A stretch of DNA of 64,000 nucleotides from an uncultured Clostridia bacterium (GTDB lineage: Bacteria; Bacillota; Clostridia; Tissierellales; DATGTQ01), in NCBI GenBank assembly GCA_964447805.1, contig CAYUTQ010000005.1, forward strand, positions 8,398 through 72,397. The letters are read 5' to 3'. The position numbers and the translations under genes were made by a program. Within the stretch, counting starts at the first letter, position 1. Every line of letters starts with the position of its first letter. The notes beneath the pieces were generated by a model, which saw only the letters and a list, made by a program, of their open reading frames with translations, did no database searches and was not told the origin of the DNA. Below are positions 58,462 to 64,000 of this stretch, one piece after another.

Positions 58462-60444
58462 TTGAAGATTATATTGGCTGATCATGCAGGTTATTGTTTT
58501 GGTGTGAAAAGAGCTGTGGATTTAGCATTGGAAACATTAAAAACATCTAATGATAGTACAGATGTTTATTCATTGGGACCATTAATTCATAATAAACAGG
58601 TTGTAGAGCATTTAGGTAGTTTAGGTTTAAAGGTCATAGATGATATTGTTGAAGAGGGAAATGGAAAAGTAATTATAAGAGCTCACGGTGTGCCTTACGA
58701 AAGATATAAAAAAACTGAAGAGTTAGGATATGAAGTTGTAGATACAACATGTCCTTTTGTAAAAAATGTTCATAAAAAAGTTCAAGAATACAATGATAAA
58801 GGTTATAAAATTATTATTATTGGCGATCCTAATCATCCAGAAGTAATTGGTATCAATGGATGGTGTAATAATGAAGGGAAAATAATAAATACAGTTACGG
58901 ATGCTAAAAATTTGAAAGAATTTGAGAAAATATGCATTGTTTCACAAACGACCAATACCTTAGAAAAATTTGAGGAACTTTCTAAAATTGTGAAAAGCAA
59001 AGGGCAAGATGTAAAGATTTTTAACACAATATGTAATGCTACAAAACTTCGACAAGATGCTTGTAGGGAAGTTGCAAAACAAGTTGATGCTATGGTAGTT
59101 GTTGGGGGATTTAATAGTTCAAATACTAATAAGTTGGCAATAATAGCAAAAAAATATTGTTCTAATGTATATCATATTGAAACTATAAACGATTTACCTT
59201 TGCAAGATTTTAAAAAATTTAATACAATAGGTATAACCGCAGGTGCTTCTACACCTGATTGCATAATTAAGGAGGTTGTAGAAATAATGGAGAATACAAA
59301 TAATGATATTAATAACAAAGAAATGTTAGAAGCTATAGAAAATTCTTTTGTAAAAATTAGTAAAGGCGATATAGTTAAAGGACAAGTTATAGCAGTAACA
59401 GATAATGAAGTTATGGTAAATATAAACTATAAATCTGATGGTATTGTCTATAAAGAAGAGCTTTCAAATGATTTAGAAGCAGAACCTAAAGACTTATATA
59501 AAGAAGGAGATGAAATTGAAGTTTATATATTAAACTTAGATGATGGAGAAGGAAATGTATTATTATCTACAAAAAAAATTGAAACTATTAAAAATTGGAA
59601 TACTTTAGAAGAATATTTTGAGCATAATAAGCCTATAGAATGTAAAGTTGTAGAAATAGTAAAAGGTGGAGCTATTGGTTTAGTAAATAATATAGATGGT
59701 TTCATTCCTGCATCTCATATATCTACTAAATATGTTAGGGATTTAAATATTTTTAAAGATGAAATTTTTGAAGTAAAAATTATTGATTTTAATAGAAATA
59801 AAAAAAGAGTAATATTATCAAGGAAAGAGTTAGAATTAGAGAAAATAAAAAAGAAGAAAGATAAAGTATGGGAATCATTAGAAATAGGGAAAATTATTGA
59901 AGGAAAAGTAAAACATTTAACTAATTTTGGTGCTTTTGTCGATTTAGGAGGTGTGGATGGCCTTATTCATATATCTGATTTATCATGGATAAGAATTAAT
60001 CATCCATCAGATGTAGTAGAAGAAGGTCAAAAAGTTGAAGTAGTTGTATTGGATTTTGATAAGGAAAGAAATAGGATATCACTTGGATATAAACAAACAT
60101 TACCAAAACCATGGGATATGTTCATAGAAAAAAGAAAAGTAGGAGATATTGTTGAAGGAGCTGTAGTTAATTTATTAGATTTTGGGGCATTTGTTAGATT
60201 GGAAGAAGGAGTAGATGGATTGGTTCATGTTTCAGAAATTTCTAATGAACATGTTAACAAACCAAAAGATGTTTTAGAATTGAATGAAAAGGTAGAAGTA
60301 AAAATAATTGATATAAATGAGGAAGATCAAAGAATAAGTTTAAGTATGAAAGAAGTATCTCAAGAACAAGAAGTTGAGGAATACAACAAGGCTAATGAAG
60401 AAACAGATGTTACTATTGAAGATATGATTGAAGATAGAGAATAA
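58462..60444 (+). CDS. ispH: IspH - ribosomal protein S1 fusion
   Basis: GYCFGV, LIHN, RAHG, DTTCPFV, TICNAT, SSNT, GITAGASTP, then S1 repeats (FGAFVDLGGVDGLIHIS). Confidence 0.95.
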   Translation: MKIILADHAGYCFGVKRAVDLALETLKTSNDSTDVYSLGPLIHNKQVVEHLGSLGLKVIDDIVEEGNGKVIIRAHGVPYERYKKTEELGYEVVDTTCPFVKNVHKKVQEYNDKGYKIIIIGDPNHPEVIGINGWCNNEGKIINTVTDAKNLKEFEKICIVSQTTNTLEKFEELSKIVKSKGQDVKIFNTICNATKLRQDACREVAKQVDAMVVVGGFNSSNTNKLAIIAKKYCSNVYHIETINDLPLQDFKKFNTIGITAGASTPDCIIKEVVEIMENTNNDINNKEMLEAIENSFVKISKGDIVKGQVIAVTDNEVMVNINYKSDGIVYKEELSNDLEAEPKDLYKEGDEIEVYILNLDDGEGNVLLSTKKIETIKNWNTLEEYFEHNKPIECKVVEIVKGGAIGLVNNIDGFIPASHISTKYVRDLNIFKDEIFEVKIIDFNRNKKRVILSRKELELEKIKKKKDKVWESLEIGKIIEGKVKHLTNFGAFVDLGGVDGLIHISDLSWIRINHPSDVVEEGQKVEVVVLDFDKERNRISLGYKQTLPKPWDMFIEKRKVGDIVEGAVVNLLDFGAFVRLEEGVDGLVHVSEISNEHVNKPKDVLELNEKVEVKIIDINEEDQRISLSMKEVSQEQEVEEYNKANEETDVTIEDMIEDRE

Positions 60445-60532
60445 TTATATGGGTCATGATGTATAAAAAAAGAGGCCTTTGGCAATAATAGTATTGACCT
60501 CACAAACTACATCAAGACCCCCTTTACATTAA

Positions 60533-60566
60533 TTCTGTGGTTTATTTGCCACAGAACTTTTTTTTA
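60533..60566 (+). terminator. Intrinsic terminator
   Basis: TTCTGTGG / CCACAGAA stem plus T run. Confidence 0.8.
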
Positions 60567-60613
60567 TGTTAAAATATTAGTAATATATTAAAATATAGTA
60601 AAGGGGTCGCTAA

Positions 60614-61390
60614 ATGGATAAATATGAAGTTTTTAAAAAGCAAATTAATGATTTAGTAAATATTGATTTAAATTATTATAAAGAAAAACAAATGAAGAGA
60701 AGAATAACATCATTGTTAACAAGAAATAATTTTGAAGATTTTGATGACTATTTTATAGGATTAAGAAATAATAAAGAATTATTAGAACAATTTATAAATT
60801 ATCTAACAATAAATGTATCTGAGTTTTATAGAAATCCAAATCAATGGAAAGTTTTGGAGCAAGAAATATTACCAGATTTAATTAAAAAAACAAAAAAAAC
60901 TCCTAAAATATGGAGTGCTGCTTGTTCAACAGGGGAAGAACCTTATTCAATGGTGATGCTTCTTACAAAATTTTATGATATTAAAGAAATAAAAATCTTT
61001 GCATCTGATATAGATTTACAAGCTATGAATAAAGCCAAAATAGGATTATATAATGAAAAGTCATTGAAAAATTTACCAGATGGATTTAAAAATAAATTTT
61101 TCACTAAAATAGGGGATTCATATAAAATAATAGATAATGTTAAAAATTGCGTAGAATTTTCACAAATTGATTTGCTAAAGGATAATTTTCCTCAAAATAT
61201 TGATTTGATTTTATGTAGAAATGTTATGATATATTTTACAGAAGAAGCAAAGGATCTATTATATAAAAAATTTTATAAAAGTTTAAATGATAATGGAGTA
61301 TTTTTTGTTGGAAGTACAGAGCAAATTATACTTCCGGATAGATATAAATTTAAAACATTGAAAACCTTTTTTTATGAAAAAGTTATTTAG
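60614..61390 (+). CDS. cheR: Chemotaxis methyltransferase CheR
   Basis: TINVSEFYRNP, IWSAACSTGEEPYS, SDID, LILCRNVMIYF. Confidence 0.95.
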   Translation: MDKYEVFKKQINDLVNIDLNYYKEKQMKRRITSLLTRNNFEDFDDYFIGLRNNKELLEQFINYLTINVSEFYRNPNQWKVLEQEILPDLIKKTKKTPKIWSAACSTGEEPYSMVMLLTKFYDIKEIKIFASDIDLQAMNKAKIGLYNEKSLKNLPDGFKNKFFTKIGDSYKIIDNVKNCVEFSQIDLLKDNFPQNIDLILCRNVMIYFTEEAKDLLYKKFYKSLNDNGVFFVGSTEQIILPDRYKFKTLKTFFYEKVI

Positions 61391-61447
61391 TGAATTTAGA
61401 TAATTTTATTTTGTGATATAATTATATTTATAAATAAGGGGGGAGTA

Positions 61448-62506
61448 ATGTTGGAAACAAAAGATTTTCTAGAAATATTAAGTAATTCTACAGGTGTTTC
61501 TGGGTTTGAACATAATCTAAAAAATACAATAATATCTGCAATGGAAAATTATACAGATGATAATTTAATTGATAATCTAGGTAATATTATATCTATAAAA
61601 AAAGGTACAAATAATAAGCATAATTTAAAAATTATGCTAGCAGCTCATATGGATGAGATAGGTTTGATTATTACTTATATAGAGGATAATGGTTTTTTAC
61701 GTTTTTCCAATATTGGAGGTATTGATCCAAGAACTTTATTAAGTCAGGAAGTAGTAGTTCATGGGAAAGAAGATATATTAGGAGTAATAGGTGCTAAGCC
61801 ACCACATTTTCAAAGTTCTGATGAAGCTAATAAAGCAATAAAAATGGAAGATATGACTATTGATGTTGGTTTGCCAAAGGAAGAAGTTGAAAAATTAGTA
61901 CGAATTGGTGATAGTGTAACAATAAAACGTAATTTTACTAGATTACAAGAAAATAGAGTTACGGGTAAAGCTTTAGATGATAGGGCAGGTGTAGCAACTT
62001 TATTAGAATGTGCAAAGGAATTGAAACATCTACATCATGAATCAGATGTTTATTTTGTTTCTACAGTACAAGAGGAAGTTGGCACGAGAGGAGCAGTGAC
62101 TAGTACCTATAGTATAGATCCTGATATAGGTATAGCTATAGATGTGGGCTTTGGTGCTACTCCAGAGTTGCCAAAAGAACATACTTTAGATATGGGTAAA
62201 GGTCCTGGAATTACAATAGGTGGTAATATACATCCAACTTTAAGAGAACATTTAACAGAGGTAGCAAAAGAATATAATATTCCCCATCAATTTGAAGTAT
62301 CACCAGGTCCAACAGGTACAGATGGCTGGGCTATTCAAATAACAAGATCAGGTATTCCAACTTTGTGTATATCAATACCATTGAGGTATATGCATACATC
62401 AGTAGAAATTGTTGATATGATGGATATAAAAAACACAGCAAAATTATTAGCATTATTTATAACATCCATATCTAATGAGAATTTGGAGGAGATATTATGT
62501 TATTAA
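61448..62506 (+). CDS. M42 (TET) metallopeptidase 1
   Basis: GVSGFE, AAHMDEIG, KALDDRAG, VQEEVG, AIDV, RYMH. Confidence 0.93.
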   Translation: MLETKDFLEILSNSTGVSGFEHNLKNTIISAMENYTDDNLIDNLGNIISIKKGTNNKHNLKIMLAAHMDEIGLIITYIEDNGFLRFSNIGGIDPRTLLSQEVVVHGKEDILGVIGAKPPHFQSSDEANKAIKMEDMTIDVGLPKEEVEKLVRIGDSVTIKRNFTRLQENRVTGKALDDRAGVATLLECAKELKHLHHESDVYFVSTVQEEVGTRGAVTSTYSIDPDIGIAIDVGFGATPELPKEHTLDMGKGPGITIGGNIHPTLREHLTEVAKEYNIPHQFEVSPGPTGTDGWAIQITRSGIPTLCISIPLRYMHTSVEIVDMMDIKNTAKLLALFITSISNENLEEILCY

Positions 62507-63528
62507 AAAGATTAACTGAAGCTTCTGGAGTATCTGGAAATGAAAAAGAAACTAGAGATTTAATTGTAGATGAAATAAAAGATTATGTAAGTAATGTTAA
62601 AATAGATAAAATTGGAAATGTAATTGCATATAAAGAAGGTAAAATAAAAACACCAAAGCTAATGGTTACAGCACATTTAGATGAAATTGGACTTATGGTA
62701 ACTGGTATTAATGATGCAGGTCTTATAAAATTTACAACTGTAGGTGGTATAGATAAAAGAATATTAGTTTCAAAAACAGTAAAAGTAGGAAAGAATAAGA
62801 TACCGGGTGTGATAGGAGCTAAACCTATACATTTACAAAAAAGAGAAGAATGGACTAAAGCTTTAAATATTGATGAGTTATATATTGATATTGGAGTCAG
62901 CAGTAAAGAAAAAGCAGAAGAATTAGTTTCTGTAGGTGATTATATTGTTTTTGATAGTGATTATTTAGAATTTGGAGACAATTTAGTAAAAGCTAAAGCC
63001 TTAGATAATAGAGTTGGATGTAGTTTACTTGTAGATTTATTAAAAGAAGAATTAGATTTTGGCTTTTATGGTGTTTTTACAGTTATGGAAGAAATAGGGC
63101 TTAGAGGAGCTGGGCCTGCTGCCTATAGTGTGGAACCAGATATAAGTATTATATTAGAAGGGACACTTTGCTCTGATATACCAAAGGCTAAAGGGCATCA
63201 AGTTTCTACCTACATAGGAAAGGGTCCTGCAATTTCAATAATGGATAGAACTACTATTTATGATATTCATTTAAGAAATAAAATTGTTAAAATAGCTGAA
63301 GAAAACAGTATTCCTTATCAATATCGAAAAACTACTTTTGGTGGAAATGATTCTGGTAGTATTCATTTGGTAAAGGGAGGCAGTATAACGACTACTATAT
63401 CGGTGCCTTGTAGGTATATACATTCACCTGTTTCAGTAATGTCTAAAAGCGATTATGAAAACACCTTTAAACTTTTAAAAGCTATTTTAAAAGAAATAAA
63501 AAAAGGAGGATTTACAAGTGAAATTTGA
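62497..63528 (+). CDS. M42 (TET) metallopeptidase 2
   Basis: GVSGNE, AHLDEIG, KALDNRVG, MEEIGLRGA, PCRYIHS. Confidence 0.93.
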   Translation: MLLKRLTEASGVSGNEKETRDLIVDEIKDYVSNVKIDKIGNVIAYKEGKIKTPKLMVTAHLDEIGLMVTGINDAGLIKFTTVGGIDKRILVSKTVKVGKNKIPGVIGAKPIHLQKREEWTKALNIDELYIDIGVSSKEKAEELVSVGDYIVFDSDYLEFGDNLVKAKALDNRVGCSLLVDLLKEELDFGFYGVFTVMEEIGLRGAGPAAYSVEPDISIILEGTLCSDIPKAKGHQVSTYIGKGPAISIMDRTTIYDIHLRNKIVKIAEENSIPYQYRKTTFGGNDSGSIHLVKGGSITTTISVPCRYIHSPVSVMSKSDYENTFKLLKAILKEIKKGGFTSEI

Positions 63529-64000
63529 TAGTAATTTAATGAGAAAATTAACAGATATATATTCACCTTCTAGTAATGAAAATAAAATAAGAAAATTTAT
63601 TAGCAATGAAATTAAATCATATGTAGATGAAATAGAAATTGATCCATTAGGAAATTTAATTGCAAGAAAAAAAGGTAATGGGAAAAGAATAATGATAGCT
63701 GCTCATATGGATCAAATAGGACTTATGATTACAGATATAGATGATAATGGGTTTTTAAGATTTACAAATGTAGGCGGAATATCTCCAATTGTTACTATGA
63801 GTCAAAAAGTTGTTTTTGAAAATGGTACTGTTGGAGTTGTATCTTTAGAACCATTAGAAGATTCATCAAAACTTAAGTTGGAAAATATGTATATAGATAT
63901 TGGTGCTTTTAATAAAGAGGAAGCAGAGAAAAAAGTAAAAATAGGTGATATCTGTGTTTATAAGTCTGGATATGAAGAAAATGAAAATGTTATTTTTTCT
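63518..64000 (+). CDS. M42 (TET) metallopeptidase 3, runs off the window
   Basis: GTG start after AGGAGG; PSSNE, GNLIARKKG, IAAHMDQIG, FTNVGG. Confidence 0.9.
   Translation, partial: MKFDSNLMRKLTDIYSPSSNENKIRKFISNEIKSYVDEIEIDPLGNLIARKKGNGKRIMIAAHMDQIGLMITDIDDNGFLRFTNVGGISPIVTMSQKVVFENGTVGVVSLEPLEDSSKLKLENMYIDIGAFNKEEAEKKVKIGDICVYKSGYEENENVIFS

Noticed and set aside
940-60000. Many short antisense or overlapping ORFs in the track (e.g. 940-1203, 1919-2230, 12597-13040, 28056-28550, 46303-47025)
   Set aside because: They lie opposite well-supported genes, lack RBS and motifs, and look like shadow frames of AT-rich coding DNA.
60451-60566. c-di-GMP riboswitch upstream of cheR
   Set aside because: Lacks the GEMM-I (GCAAA/GNRA-receptor) and GEMM-II signature sequences; kept only as an unnamed hairpin.
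1-64000. CRISPR array, tRNA, rRNA, prophage genes
   Set aside because: No regularly spaced repeats, cloverleaf or rRNA-like GC-rich tracts, or phage structural motifs seen by eye.

Overview
Low-GC chromosomal window from a spore-forming Clostridia/Tissierellia-type bacterium. The core backbone (spoIVB-spo0A, then steA-steB-GT2-MraY-like-DUF3866-NUDIX-spoIIM-xerD-punA-pdp-dacF-S2P-scpAB-ytfI/gerW-dacB-...-rluB-oadA/pycB-korDABC-rpiR-...-aroH-cmk-plsC-ispH/rpsA-cheR-3x M42) is split by a ~29 kb accessory block (about 1.9-30.7 kb). The block holds three two-component systems and a MarR regulator, each with ABC exporters and a candidate operator, plus a cupin, a flavin reductase and a frameshifted PreP/M16C peptidase. 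It also contains a decayed region absent from the ORF track as a unit: a sigma-A promoter with palindromic operators, an unannotated 47-aa secreted-type peptide, an IS3 remnant, a BtrH-like Cys-His-Asp protein, an IS630 remnant, the C-terminal stub of an AMP-dependent ligase, an MFS exporter and the C-terminal half of a TPR regulator. A 1,239-bp near-identical direct repeat (19190-20428 and 29431-30669) closes the block. Notable in the core: the XerD lacks the first catalytic Arg and the HxxR His, and DUF3866 probably starts at a CTG codon. All assignments come from motifs read by eye; no database searches were run.
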